A stretch of DNA of 64,000 nt, taken from contig OZ316898.1 of assembly GCA_973895155.1 (NCBI GenBank), positions 10,809,087 to 10,873,086 of the forward strand, read 5' to 3'. This document shows positions 50,674 through 64,000 of this stretch, piece by piece. Numbering within the stretch: position 1 is the first letter of the stretch; every line of letters begins with the position of its first letter. The position numbers and the translations under genes were made by a program. This stretch comes from Marsupella aquatica (lineage: Eukaryota; Plantae; Marchantiophyta). Below the pieces are notes generated by a model. The model was not told the DNA's origin. It did no database searches and saw nothing but the letters and a program-made list of their open reading frames with translations.

Positions 50674-51242
50674 CGTGATTTTGTGCAGAAGCGTTCGCTC
50701 TCTCGTCGTTGGAATGTTTTCGCACAGAGCATTTCCTCTCGTTGCGGTCTCTGCTTCCCCACTCACCACTCTTCGTGAACGCTCGTGTGATTCCTCGATG
50801 CGTCCGCAACTAAGTAGGTGAAATGCATTTGGTTCAAAGCTCCGCACGCAGCAATCTTAGCTCTGTTAATGAAGGCCGTGTCTCGTTCAACTAGGTTGAA
50901 GCAGGTTCTCAAGCTCCCGCAAAGAAATCTTTTCTCTGTTGCTAACACTCTGTCTCGTTTTCGTTCGGGACTGCATTTCGTTTGGGTTAAGCTTTTCGTT
51001 GAACTTGAATTTGACGTACTAAAGTTTCTGCAAGGATGGCTCCTGCAGTTCACACTTGCAGCTTCTCTGCGGTGATCAGGACTCTCGGTTGTCATGGTTA
51101 TTAAGGATCTCGCCAGGTTTCCTCCCCTGTCCGCGGGTGCGGGGGCGCAGTATGGATAGGATAGGTTAGAAATGATTTCGTATTCCGATTCACGGACGAG
51201 GAACGCAGAAATTTAGGTGGATCAAGAAGGAAACAGGCAGAC

Positions 51243-54200
51243 ATGAATATGAATGGTCGATTTGACATTGTGGTATCGCCTCGGACACCGACGGGAATGA
51301 AATCGGTCACTCAATGCACAACAACTCCAACCGGTGCGAAAACGCCAGGAGGAGTGGCGAGTGGAATTGCACAGAATGATACTCCTGGTAGGAGACTTGC
51401 GTCTCCCAGACCTGATTTTGGCATCAACCCCAACGATGATGAGACTGAGAGGGCCAGAGTTCGAGCAGCTCGGGCTGAACAAAGACGACGGTCCTTCGGA
51501 GGACTTCAGCCGGCGGGGACGGGGCAGACTAGCGCTTTGTCCCAGGAAGATTGTAACATTCTCAGTCAAGAGTCTCTGTCAGCTTTGCTTCAAAATTGTC
51601 TGAAGCTGTCGAATGCAAATGTAAGAAGGGAAAATGTTCCTAACAATCCGGGGGGCTGGAAAATTTTACTAGAATTGCTCGAGTGCTAATGTAAGGGAAA
51701 ATTTGTCAAATGCTTCAGTCGACTAGAAAGTTTACCTTTGTGGAAAGCGATGTGCTTCGAGAGTTGGATTTGTTGGTCAGGTCAGAAAAAGTGCATCTTC
51801 TCCATCGGGAGGGGCGTTTGTCTAATTAATAGTAGATTTTTGAAAAACCTTTGGTTTGAATGTTCTGACCGCTGTTTACGGACGGGTGCAGAAAATCAAT
51901 CAGGGAAACACCTGGGACCTTGGTCTGATAGACCATCTTAGCGATTTGGTCAAGAACGACACTAACGATGAAGAGGAAACCAATTTCCAGCTGGTGTGAT
52001 TTTCGCAGACTGCTACTCCCTTCACCAGAGTCTCTTTGTCAAGTTCTTGGATCCTCGCAGGGAAATTCAGGGGCTATACGTCTCGGGATGCAAATTTTGG
52101 GGGTATAATGTATCGTTACATAGTTTTGGCCTGCTTAGCTCTTTTCTCACGGGACTCCGTGCAGGCTAGTTGCACGTTGGAGACTGGAGTGAAGATATAT
52201 TCGTATCGAGTTGATTCGGTCCATTCCGAGGCTCACAAACTGCTTGGGGGCCTTGGCCGTTTAGCCAGTGAGGAAACACCGACAGAATGTGAGTGACGGC
52301 CATCTCAGTTTGAATCGCTGCACTTCTATCCCCCACTGTCTTCTCATGGACACTGTAAGCCTCACCTTTATTGTAATCCCGTTATTTGATTTCTCTCGTG
52401 AAATGTTAGCGGGGTTTGTCAAGGATGATTTTGCTTTGTAAGAATAAGAAACGCCGTCCACATGGTCCAGCACTGCACATGGAATTTTCTTGTGACTGCA
52501 CCTTCTTGCAATTGCAGCGCCTAGCGAGGATGGGGCTCAGCAAGGTGCTAACCTTTCGCAAGGAAGCAAGGAAGCTGCAAAAAAGGTGGATCACGAATAT
52601 CTAGATCTCTCCTCTCACCACTTCAGTTTGTACCTTTGGTTGAACAATTGCACGTCATTTCATTTCCCTGGCTGACGCATATTTTGCCAAAAGCAAGTTT
52701 TGTAGAATGCTTTACATCCGATTCAAGCTAGAAATTGAAGCAATTTCGGTACCTGTCCTCATCTCTGATTCCTGAGTTGGTGGTCATGTAGGCAGCATCG
52801 ACCTTGTTAGCATCCAACGACACTATTAATCTTAAGAAGATCGATGGTAGACTCTTCTTTCCGACTACCTCTATCTAAGCTAAACGTTCTCTAAGCCATT
52901 TGCATTGTGGCGTTCTTGGCTTAAAGAGTCAGTCAAACTGGATTCTGTTTTCATTTTGGGCAAATGTTTGAGTCCATCTATTGCGCAGGTTCTGTGCTAT
53001 TTTCCTTCTGACTGTGAGTGGTTGTACTTTGGTGGCAGTGGCGTTTAATGTGGATCCTTTATTTCACCAAACATCGGCTCTGTTTGACGACGGTGGTGCC
53101 CAAGGTCTTTTGTTGCACAATCTATCTGTGTATTCCGGTTGTGAAGTAGTTTTCGACTCCTTTGAGGTGCCGGAGCTTAAAATGAAAGCACAAGCTGCTC
53201 AGATAAAGGAAGGATCGCAAACTGTGGATTTCTCCTTTATGGAAGGTGAGTCGAAGGAGAGTTGCATGTACGTTTACTACTCACTAAGGAGATCAAGCCT
53301 AGCGAGCTAGGGGAAGTGATATATAGCGTCAATAATATTGTCTTGCTTATTATTCTACTGGTACGGGGATCCTGTTGTCGATTCCAGAATGGGGGGATCT
53401 ATTTAGATTCTCAGCCGAATTTCTCATTGTTGACAACACTAATACATTAATATGACAGACACCTTGGAACGGATGATGGATGTGCTCCGGCAGGAGCCTG
53501 AGATGACACCAACTCTTAAGGAGATCGTAAAACTTCTTGATGATCCTCGTCGGGCAGAGTTTGAAGCCGAAGGAGCACAAGTGGGTCAGTCATGCCAGAT
53601 ACCTGACGCCGTCACACCAAGCAGGTAGAGCAAGCAGCTTTTCGCACCTACAACTAATTTACTCATTTGTGAAAACCCACTGACCCTGTTCACAATGCGA
53701 GCCAGGTCTATATGCCAAATCGAAAGCACAGTCTGAATTGATGCTCTTGTCCTTCACTCTCATGCAGGTCATGGTCTGATAGTGCAGACTTTGATGGTGC
53801 TCAAGACGACGACCTCGGCGAAATCTACAATGAAGACGTCGGGTTTGATAACATGGAATCTGGAAGCTTCAATGGAGGTGCAAGTCCACATTCAACAACT
53901 TGGAGCGACGTGAATGGGGAATTAGAGGTACGCACTCGCAATGATATTCCTGGCCCAGAGCTTGGCTCAAAATCTGGCACATTTAAGATCGAGAACAAGT
54001 GAAAATTCCCTGCACGTACAAAAATCATATGACATTATGGTTTGTATCTATTTGCACACTGTAGAATGATGAAGAAGGAGGGGATGGCTCAGATGAGGTT
54101 TTTATGAGTCAGGACCCACTTGAGTGGCTTGCGATGGTTAGCAATGGCATACCAGCTAAATCCAATGCGTGGGCTGGCCCGGACCACTGGAAGTACGCAA

Positions 54201-56301
54201 AACCCAAAGGTATTGCTTGTCATTGGCTTGTAGATGGGATTGCTGTTTAAGTGCATGGAGTGCCGCAGTAAGGGATCTACACTTGATAGACGATCAACCT
54301 TCGACGTTATTTGATTATATGATGCAGAGGATGCAAGCAGCGGCCATGCTCAGAGTGAGGAGAAGGAGAAGAAGACTGAACGAAAAAAGAAAAAGCCTTT
54401 TTCGTTGGAAAATTCCGCAGAAATTGACTCGTCTTATTTCAATCGTCCCAAGAATCCACGGGCTTTGCTTCTGCCACAAAGCATCATTCCACGAAGTACG
54501 TCGCTACCTGAAGACTACCACTTTGAGGCAGCCAGTTTAGCAAAGTTTACTATCCGACCTTCCCTTTGGGTAAGCTCTCCCATTTCGAGCTATTCGTCTT
54601 CTTGTGCTGGAACTGCAGAATTTTGCGCAGTCGGACTCACCATCGTGGCAGAATGAAATGATGGCAAATTGAACTGACGGCCATTTCTACACGGCTCTTG
54701 CTCAACCCCCATCCTTTATTCTTTTTGTGGATTCTTCGTAACTGCATACCACTAAAAGTACGCTATTTTCTGTCATGTTCTGACAGGTCTTCCGAAGAAG
54801 GTCCAAGAGATCTGGTAATATACCCGTATCGTTAGTTTCTTGTGTCTGCTTCTGGTTGGGGTCTCAAACATGGAGTCATATAGAGTAACAAGCGAATTAA
54901 CATCGGGTCTATTGTTCCCCAAAATACATTCCACGTTTGGATAGATGGGTTTCGGAATGCGTGTCATGGTTCTGTTTCCAAATTACCAAAATAGTCGCTT
55001 GCTTGCTTCTGGCAGATCCTCGGAGTCATCTGCGAATTCAGTGTTCGTGTTTCTATGCTGAAGTTCAAAAGCTTCTAGGTTCAATTATTGACGATGCGAA
55101 GCTTTGGTCTGTGCAGAACGAGGGACTCGAGCAGAAAATTTTCCAGATATGAGTAATGAGGCAATGTGGGGTGATGATGATCCATCGGGCGGATGGGGAG
55201 ATGAAGCTGCACATAGCGATGTCGAGGACCCCCTGGGTGATTTGGTCCCGGAACCTAGAAAGGTTGGAACGTCCACCCTCTAACCGGCCTTTTCATTCAT
55301 ACCTTTGGAGATCACGGATTCTTCATCCGAAGTCAAGATCAATGCGTGCATTGCTAATTGTTCCATCAGTCGCAAGGTGTTCGTTCACTGAAGTATTTAT
55401 AAATTACAGGACCAATTGAGGTTGGTTACAGCTAAGCATTGGTGGTATGTAGCTAGAGATGTGTTTGAAATTCCTTGCCTAGCGTCTTGTCTTGAGAGTT
55501 GCCACACATAACAAGCATGGGATTTTGATTGTTGATTGATTAGCTTCCAAGAGATAAAAAATTCCCCGTTCTGCCTTTCCCTCCCCTTTTATTATTGTGC
55601 CTCTTTGAAGTTTCATTGGGCTGAGTGTGTTGCTATTAAGGTGGAGGTCTCTTGCAACATTTTTGTTGGAAGTTTTGGAATATTACAAATCCATGAGCTA
55701 CTGGTATACATCTGAGCAATCTATCATCTACAGGTGCAGAAAATTAATATCACATATGCCAAGCAAGCAAAGCAAGTTGACGTGCGTCTGTTGAAGGGAG
55801 TATTGTGGGAGCAGGTGCAGCAGGGCTCTTCAGAGAAGAATCAGGTTTGGAGGAAATCCCTCGTCCAATTAATGTTTTCGGTCTTGTGACGTAGATACTG
55901 GTCGGTAGGCTCTATGATCATCTGAGCTATCCCGTTAACATTTCTTAATTTCATTTCGTGACATTCATTGTAACTTTACGGAGACTTCATTATCGCTTAA
56001 GAACAGGATAAATCATGTCCATGCTGCCCTGTATAGAGGTGCAGAGTACTCCTCTCAATTATTTTGCTGTCTGCAGGACGACATGTTGGATGAAGAAAAT
56101 GGCCTCTCATTCCAGGAAATTCTCCACCATTTCCCAGATGACTGCCCTGCTGCAGCCCCAGAAGATATCTCTGTACATCTTTGCTTTATATGCCTTCTTC
56201 ATTTGGCTAACGAACATTGTCTCCGAATTGATGATTGCTCATCTATGGATGATCTTAGGATATTTTCCGCCAAAGATGACAGTGAGGTCAAGGGCCCTTA
56301 G
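51243..56301 (+). CDS. CAP-H: Condensin I kleisin subunit CAP-H (condensin complex subunit 2/Barren); 14 exons: join(51243..51620,51892..51993,52165..52288,52518..52585,52792..52846,53039..53245,53459..53624,53768..53927,54065..54209,54328..54569,54787..54814,55117..55262,55734..55844,56077..56301), 718 aa
   Basis: The 2157-nt model is in frame. Motifs NDDETER, NCLKLSNANKINQGNTW, ASCTLETGVKIYSYRVDSVH, VDPLFHQTSALFDDGGAQGLLL, NAWAGPDHWKY, YAKQAKQVDVRLLK and CFICLLHLANEH are present. Confidence 0.95.
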
Positions 56302-57106
56302 ATTGTAAGGCAGGCCTGTCCTGAGACGCCTGGGTCAAGAGCACTTGACAAAATAATGTACTTCATCTGTAAAAGTAAATCAGGTTTATAGTTAGAGCCG
56401 ATGGTCAGAGCAGCAGGGCAGGTCTTCGTGAGACTGGCTCTGAATTTTCTCGAGGAGCCGGTCTTTGTAAGCTTGTACATATAACGAGTCTCTGTGCATC
56501 TGCCACGATACTACGGTGAACGGGATTCTGGAGTTTTGGTAGCTGGTATCTGTAGGCTTAACCCACATTTGATGATTCTTTCATCCATCTTATCAGCTAT
56601 TCGTTCCAGAATGCGTTAATCACGGTGATGTTACGCTGTGGAATTATTTTAAAAAGTAAGTTTTCGCTGCAAGGTCACATCTAGAATGGTAGTAGAACTG
56701 TTGAGGTGCTAACTTATCACCCTGTCTACTTATATGGGAGTGGATCAGCTACGCTCATTTCGTCTCTACGTTCGTGGGATGGAAGCCGTAATAAACACTC
56801 TCGGAGAACATTTGTGAAGAACCCCATTGATTCTATGATCCGTTCGGTAAGCCTTCTCACTGCACCCGTGGGATGAGCTTCTTTTATTTTTCAGCACTGT
56901 ATTATTATACGTCAATCATAACCAACCTCCTTTGTCTTCTTCTAATGCGTGCGGACGCGCAAAATAATGATGATAGTCACTCAAAAAGAGAAAAATTCCT
57001 CCCAAGACAGTCATGGAACGGAAGGGAAGTATTGAACAGCCAACGTGTAGTGGTACGTGAGTTCCGTTGCCATACGAAAAAGGCAAGCACCCGCGTAACG
57101 TACGTG

Positions 57107-57110
<4 letters not shown>

Positions 57111-57139
<29 letters not shown>
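57111..57139. repeat. (GA)14 microsatellite
   Basis: Read directly from the sequence. Confidence 0.95.
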
Positions 57140-57141
<2 letters not shown>

Positions 57142-58263
57142 TCAGGAAGTCCTCGTGACACTAATAAAAGCGTGGCCCATGATGTTAGGAAGGATCTCAC
57201 ACGAATTCGCGCATCCAAGCATGCGATACGTTAGTGTTACGGTCGACCTCTAATGCTGGATTCTGTGGAGACCGCTGCCACGGTCATTTACTGTGCGGCT
57301 TGGGACAGTCAGTTGTCAAAGGACCGATGGCGGAATTTCTGGGTTCGGTTAATACTGGTGTGCAGCGTATATGGTTTTTGTGTGTGTTGGGTGGGTCAGC
57401 CGTTTGTTTCTTTTGCTTCGTTTTTTGATCTAGAAATGGGAAGGACTGTCGCTAAGGTGGCGACTTCCCTTGCCTGAGAAATATACATTTATACTACTTT
57501 TCTGTGTTCATGGCATTGTGAGATGAGATATACACAGAAAAATGAAAGCTTCTACTGATTTTTGAGGGGCTATTAGTGCCAATAATCCTAAACTAGGACC
57601 TTAACTCACTTAGAAGGCCTATGAGATTTTTATTTATACTAATTCTGAGTAAAAGTATAGGAAAATCACAAAGGGCACTAAGGTTCAGTAACATTATGAG
57701 TTGACAGACTTACCACTTGTATAGTATATTCCTTACGTTTGTGTCATGATCTTCTTAGTGTGAGTGTATGTTGCATTATAGTGGGCTCACTCACTCACTA
57801 TTCTTTGTAGAGTTAATGTTATTGGTTTCTAGTCAAATCCCTGTGCAGGACCCTTCTATCCAAGGACCCTTCTATCCAGTTTACCCATAAACTCTATTAA
57901 ACTTTTCATTTAGTTCATTCGTAAGCTTACTTTCTCTCTCGCCTAGGTACCTGGTATCCTCAAAATTCATTTCAAAGTGCATAACTTTGAGGGTTTCACT
58001 TTCACAAAAATGACATATCATATTTGACGAAGGATATGATCATTTTATTGGTTTCTAGGGAAGACTAATAAATTTCTCAGAAGAATAATAGTGTATTCTA
58101 AATCCAATTTTGAGATTTATAAGAATTTAAAGATATTTTTAATCAAAATTTTAGATTTTTTTGAATATTCTAACTTTATAGAGATTAAAAAATAAAAATT
58201 TTCTTACATTCTAGGGGGGTGGGGAGGCTTCCATAGAGTGAGACCCCGAGCATACAATTAGTA

Positions 58264-58648
58264 TGTCACCAGCTTGAAGTCTTAGCTTGATGACTCATGA
58301 GCTAACTATAGTTATGTCTTAGCTTCTAGACTCATGAGCTAACTATAGTTAGGTTAACTCGGGTTAGGACTTAGCTAATGTTAGCGGTAGTGCTGTTGTG
58401 CATATACCCAGGGCTGATGCCAGACTTTGGTGGAACTTAGGCTCATTGTTACGGAGCTAGTTGAGAGATAGGGAGAGCTTGTGCTGTGGATGCTTGGTAT
58501 GGCCGATCGGCCTAGAGTGCAGTAAAACTCTTTTGTGTTCCCGTGGACGTAGCCTCATGTAGAGGTGAACCACATATCTCTCTGTGTTGACTATTGTGCG
58601 TTGGATGGTTCATGGGCTTGCCGTTACGAATATCGTCTATGCTCAACA
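58264..58648 (-). mobile_element. Solo LTR of the same family as 23588-24205
   Basis: Reverse complement runs TGTTGAGCATAGACG...GCTGGTGACA and shares gaggctacgtccac, gcatcagccctgg and agctaagtcctaacc with the 23.6-24.2 kb copy. The TSD is not clean (tagta vs tatat). Confidence 0.7.
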
Positions 58649-59004
58649 TATATATTTTAAGGATAAATTTATGAAAACCCACAGAATGGGAATAAAAATT
58701 TGTGAACCACCACAAAAAGGGAATAATCAGTCACAACACTTGAACCCAAGACTTATCAGTCTTCACTCACATGAGCTATCACTCAACCATGCCTCTCTGG
58801 GCTGTTTCACAATATTTTCAATAGTATATGATATCAATTGGAAGTGTTATTGAATATAAGTGAGATGGCCAGGCAATTGGACACTCTGGGGAAGTCAGCA
58901 ACTGAACGTGCAAACAACTAGATTTCAAGGAGTGTGAGAGAGCTAGAGTGACTGGTTGGACATGAAAAAGGTGCATAGTGGCACCTTGGGCTCCATATCA
59001 AAAA

Positions 59005-59185
59005 CATATGCTTAGTAGACCCCCTTCTGGAAAAAGTTTGCTTAATTAACCCCCTCGATACTTTTCCTCAATCTAGACCGATGATGGACCTTTCAGTCTC
59101 AGATCTGGACCGTTGATAGACCTCAGGGGGTCAATCAAATACTAACAAGTTTCATTTTGGGGGTAGATCAAGCAAATACCTCCTC
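59005..59185. repeat. Further copy of the ~160-bp Mutator-like repeat, with right TIR
   Basis: atatgcttagtagaccccc..tctggaccgttgatagacct..gtttcattttgggggtagatcaagcaaatacctcc. Confidence 0.75.
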
Positions 59186-59634
59186 CATCTCATGGTAAGG
59201 GAGATATTTGTCCATAATCAAGGCCAGGGAGACATTTCATAAATGATCATGTGAAAGGATGAGGAGGACTATATTTTACAATGTTTACATACAAAATTGC
59301 TTCCGAATCAACAAATAAATAATTAAAATATCACGAAAACTTGTACCGTCCAGTTGAACCCCAAATGGACAGTGAGGTTTTACTCTTAGATAAAAATAAC
59401 TAAATTCCCTAAAATATAAGGGTTTCTTATCCAACTTTAAGTCGTGATGGTGATCCCACAGGTGACACGGTGTAAGTTTACATCACGTGATAGGGAATTG
59501 TGATGATGTACCGTACTTAGAAATGTATGCGTGTGAAGTGTCATGACTATTGCTATGCTCACATGTTTGGAGACAGATTATTATGCACAAGTTCGAAGGC
59601 AGCATCATTTACCGTGGACTTATTTTCTCAACAA

Positions 59635-60060
59635 TTATTGTAATTCTTAGATTGGCTTTAAATTGTGGGGAAAAGTTATTATACAGTTATTACAGATTTT
59701 GGAGTGGCTTTAAATTGTTGGAAAAAGTTATTGTACAGTTATTAGAAATCTTGGATTGGCTTTAAATTACATTCAAACAACTTAGGATCTGGAGCAAAGT
59801 ACCTGTACTGTGGAGGTTTACATAAATGGAAAAGTCACAATGATCATGGATCATATTAGTGAAGCAAATTACATCACTGCGCTGAACCTGTATTGTAAAG
59901 TTTGACATAAAAAATTAAGGATTCACAATGATTATCGATAATGTTATTTAAATGAATAATATTAGTGCACTGAACCTGTATTGTGAACTTTCACATAAAT
60001 GGAGGATGCACATTGATTCTGGATAATGTTGGTTGAGTGAATAACATTATTAGAGCTGAT
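59635..60060. repeat. Two adjacent short tandem arrays (~53 bp x 2.5 and ~87 bp x 3)
   Basis: tggctttaaatt occurs three times in 59652-59768; acctgtaYtgt...acataaa...caca(a/t)tgat occurs three times in 59800-60020. Confidence 0.75.
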
Positions 60061-63000
60061 GGAGTGCAATACCAAGTTGTTTTTGTTTCCAGTTTCACGA
60101 TGTTCAAAGTTTTCTATCAGCTATTTTTAGAATAGGCATTAGGCTTTGGAGATCAATGGTGCAGACGACTAAGCTACAGTTTATCATGTAAGTAGGTTGT
60201 GGGAAATTTGTGTCAGTCCTCCACTAAAGATTATTTGATTTGTGTGTGAATCATTTAGTCACTCATGATCTTTCAAGCCTTCAATTTCAACTATGAGTTG
60301 TCATTGGTCTCAGCTTGGCCACGTCATACAAAATATCGTTTGTTAAGATTTCTATTGTTAATAAATAAATAAATCATTTCCCAAGTTAGAACTGTTTTGA
60401 TATTCTTACGCATTAGGCGTTGGAGGTCAATGGTCCTCACTAAGCTACAGTCTCTCATGTAATATCACTCGAGTGAAAATGAGTGGCATTCCTTCCCAGT
60501 ATTGACTTTTGTTGTTATGGTCCCACGAAGAAGGAGCTCATCTCGAGACGAACAGTTAAGAAGGGGTGCCTATGCTTCCCCCAAAATGAGTGGTTGAGAT
60601 AGGGATCCATCTATTGAGTTGAGGGTGCAACTACAGTAGTTTACGGGTGAACAAGATCACAATAAGATATTACTGCACATATTTGCCATATCTAACTCAA
60701 TAAATCCATGTCCCGTCAAGAGGGAGTGTAGTCTGTTGACAAGCACAGAAAAAGCTGGAATATCCTTGATATATATTATCCTGCCAAAACGACAGGAATG
60801 CCAATCAGGGAGACATGGTCCCAAAGGCAAAAGAACCCAATAAAGGCGGGGAAGGAAAGGGCCCCCAAGAAGACCAAAGAGGCCCAACAAGTCCTTGAGC
60901 CATGGATAAACATGGATGCAAAAGCAACACTAGAAGTTCAACAACAATATTTCAGCATGTAACTAACCATACTTCCATGGAACACCACTTTTGCTTGACA
61001 AAGACTTAAATATGCTCAACAACATTTTTGCTTGGAAAGGTTGTTGCTAGATGATCTGTTCAATCTAGTATTTAGCCAGTTTTCCAGCAGCTATAACAAG
61101 TTTCTCTTTGGCAACACTTCAACTTTGAAAATGTTTTCATTTGACAACACTTCTACTTTGACAACAATTCTCCTTGAACAAGTTCGGGAATGACTTCATG
61201 GACCGCACAGGCATTGGCTAGCATATTCAATTGTTTGACTGGATTATGTTGAGTTAATGGCTCAGAAAGTATGTTATTTTTTACATAGATAGCCCCTGAC
61301 ATCCAACAACCTTGAAATGAGGTCCAATACTTCTCAGTATTATCTCAACAAAGAAAAATGAAAGAAAGATGGCCATCAGGTTGCCAAAAGCCACTTCCAT
61401 CCCCACTCCACTCACCAGCATTCTTGAGGGAATGCAACAGGGGTCTCCGTAATTGCACATCAAAATAAGACAATCATATATCATTTGCCACATCACTCCA
61501 TACCATGAAAAACCTCATTATTTTCTTTAATGAACTAGTGCACAACATATAATCCACATTTTGATGTATGATTACCAGCAGAGAATGATGTAACAAGGTC
61601 ATCACCCCTCTTACAAGGCCTCTGCTGCCACTTACCACCTTCCTAGCAGGATACAGAGGAACGCAACACCAGTAGAATGCCAACTGCATGGCAGCCAGCA
61701 ATGAAGATTGAACTCCTTGCTTGTCCGAGCACTTGCTCACCAAAATTGGACCATCAACTGGGGAGAGATTGCCACCCTTCCAAGTGGTAGTTTCTCACTG
61801 AATTCAATGGGCTTTTGCCACTTTCAATGGCTACATGTCCAAATTACAAAATAAAAAGACAGTGGCACTTGAAATGCTAATCTATGGCACTTCAAATGAT
61901 CAAGAAGAATTATTTTCTGGAAATTTTAAGTTTAATACAAATAAAAAGAAGTTATGATAGATAATTGTTTTCCCCTTATTTTGGACACTTTAATGGAAAC
62001 CAAATTTATCATAGAAGCACTGGATCACCCTATCCCTATTCCATTCCAATACCATGTAATGAATGATCCCTTATCTTTGTCAAGTTAGTGTACTGATGAT
62101 GACAGATGGTAGCAGGCTGCTCATGAATTTAATCTATTTTCTCTCAAAATTGCATCAGCCATGTATGGTAAGATAACTAAGATAGAATGTCCAACCTTAG
62201 ATAAAGTATTGTGAAAAAAAACCTTCTGGCATTTACCCCTATCCGACTCAAAGATTCAGTTATCTATCCGCCAGGTGGTTGTTCATCCCCAATGACTAGT
62301 CGATTATCTCTTTTGTGAAGCAATAATACCATTATTGGACGCATTCAGGCTAGCCTCAGTGTGTCACTGCCAATCTTCACCCAAAACTAAAACCATAAAT
62401 TGCAATGTGCAAAAGGGAGGTGATCTGGCTAAGCAGGCATGTTTACTTGAGTAAGACTGTGTGTCTCACTTGAGACTCATAAGTTGTGTTGGGTTCAAAT
62501 ATTGTGACTGACTTCTGTTGTCTCCCTGTCCGTGAAACTCCACAGGATTTCAAAAAGGAAATAGAAAAGAAAAGGGTGATTTGCCTTGTTGCGCCATGCC
62601 ACCCAGCACTACAAGAAATGCGCTGTAAGCCTGATGGGTAGTGTTCCACTTTGCATGAGACAAGATGACATGAGCTCCAGTTCACCCACCCTGCCCCAGC
62701 ATTTAATTTCAAGGGCTCAGAGTACGGTACTTCACCAAGTACCAATGAACTCACGGTTTTACTTTGTATCATTCTTTTTGGTTATGCACGATGGTTTTAG
62801 AAATGCAGAGTTCAAAATTGCACACTCTGACTGAAAGTCTACTTCAGTCTGTTGAATGTTTAGCTTCGCAAGGACGAGAAATATCCACTAACGCTAATTG
62901 TCTACAGTAGAGGCTAGAATGATCGAGGTCTCCTCTGTCGTTGAATGAATTCCTCTGTCGTTGAATGAATTCCCGCCTGCACTGGTCACCACATGACTAC

Positions 63001-63622
63001 ATATATAAGATAAAGAGCGCACGCACCACCGCTGACATCAACGAGCACTTCTCCTCGTGACAGGACATCAAATGAATCTAGGATAGACTGTTCTGTACTA
63101 TCGATTATCTGAAGCCGGACATTACTTTTGCAATCTTCCCAACTCTCTCACTGCCGCTCAATTGGAAGGGAAGCTGATAGAATAGTATAGAAGTGGAGAG
63201 CTTGGAGAGTAGGCGTCATGCATAGAAGGAAAGAGACTACATAGTATCGGCTGGACTGAAGCACTGCGGGCGATCGATTTGGTTGAGCTTCAGGATTTCT
63301 TTGTTGGGGGTGGTGGTGGGGGGTGGGGGGCGGGGCGGCCAGATCTGAATGGGTTTTCAGTGAGAAGGACAGGAGCAAAAGATGTTGTTTGGGTGAGCGG
63401 GCGAGACAAGGAGGGAATTTCTGCTCACGCTTTGAAAGCAGCGAGCTGTCTGATGGGAGTGAGGGAAGGATTAGAAACAAATTAATCTGCATACAGTAGC
63501 TTGTGGGAGTGAAGTGACAGCTTTTATTTTCCTACAAGCAAGTTCAGTTAGGATCATCCAACGTGACAACAGAGTGAAGTGGAGGTGTGTGACTTTGATT
63601 AAAGAATTATATGGCACCCAAC

Positions 63623-64000
63623 TGTCAAGCACCCAAACTGTCTACTGTCTTGAGAACAAGGCGATGGATCGAAACGTAGTAATTTGATGAGATCATGGCA
63701 GCACTGGTTCGCCTCACGTAAGCTGAAGTGGGACGATCCACCTTTGACATTGTGAGAGGAAGCTAGAGAGTACTAGAAGGACTTCGCACGGGACTTCGCA
63801 TGCCTAAGCTTGGAACCTGAACTAAATCACATCCAAGGACTTCTATATAAGAGGGCTGAGCAGCCTGGTGTCAGCGCCTAAGGTTTGATCACTGGACAGC
63901 TGACAAATAGGGACCCAGGAGAGCGACAGTTAGCATTGAAATAGTTCCTTTCCATCGATCGATCTACCCACGAGGCGATTTCATGCCGAGCTGAGCCGAG
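63623..64000 (+). mobile_element. Possible 5' part of an LTR running off the window edge
   Basis: Starts TGTCAAGCACCC, has a short direct repeat (ggacttcgca x2) and a CTATATAAGAGG TATA box at ~63843. The other end is not visible. Confidence 0.25.

Noticed and set aside
63251-63270. miR319-like sequence (tggactgaag)
   Set aside because: Only ~10 nt match; the rest diverges and no precursor stem surrounds it.

Overview
Eukaryotic land-plant nuclear DNA, probably a non-seed plant such as a liverwort or other bryophyte (inferred from protein style and intron pattern, not verified). Six protein-coding genes could be reconstructed by hand with in-frame splice junctions: ACD11-like lipid transfer protein (-), intronless SPT16 (-), intronless GFT1/GONST4-like nucleotide-sugar transporter (-), a 10-exon F-box + FIST-domain protein (-), a 22-exon DNA topoisomerase II (+) and a 14-exon condensin I kleisin CAP-H (+). 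The intergenic DNA holds a complete non-autonomous Helitron with an internal 35-bp minisatellite, three copies of one LTR family, a Copia remnant, several MITE-like elements, a tRNA-derived SINE candidate and several tandem arrays next to genes. Most notable: (1) TOP2 and CAP-H are adjacent and SPT16 is nearby, all three with an E2F-like motif upstream; (2) a palindromic-core, variable-linker repeat array lies just after the F-box-FIST stop codon and looks CRISPR-like but is not a CRISPR; (3) the F-box-FIST protein is a candidate ligand-sensing E3 adaptor. No clearly novel system is proven by the sequence alone.
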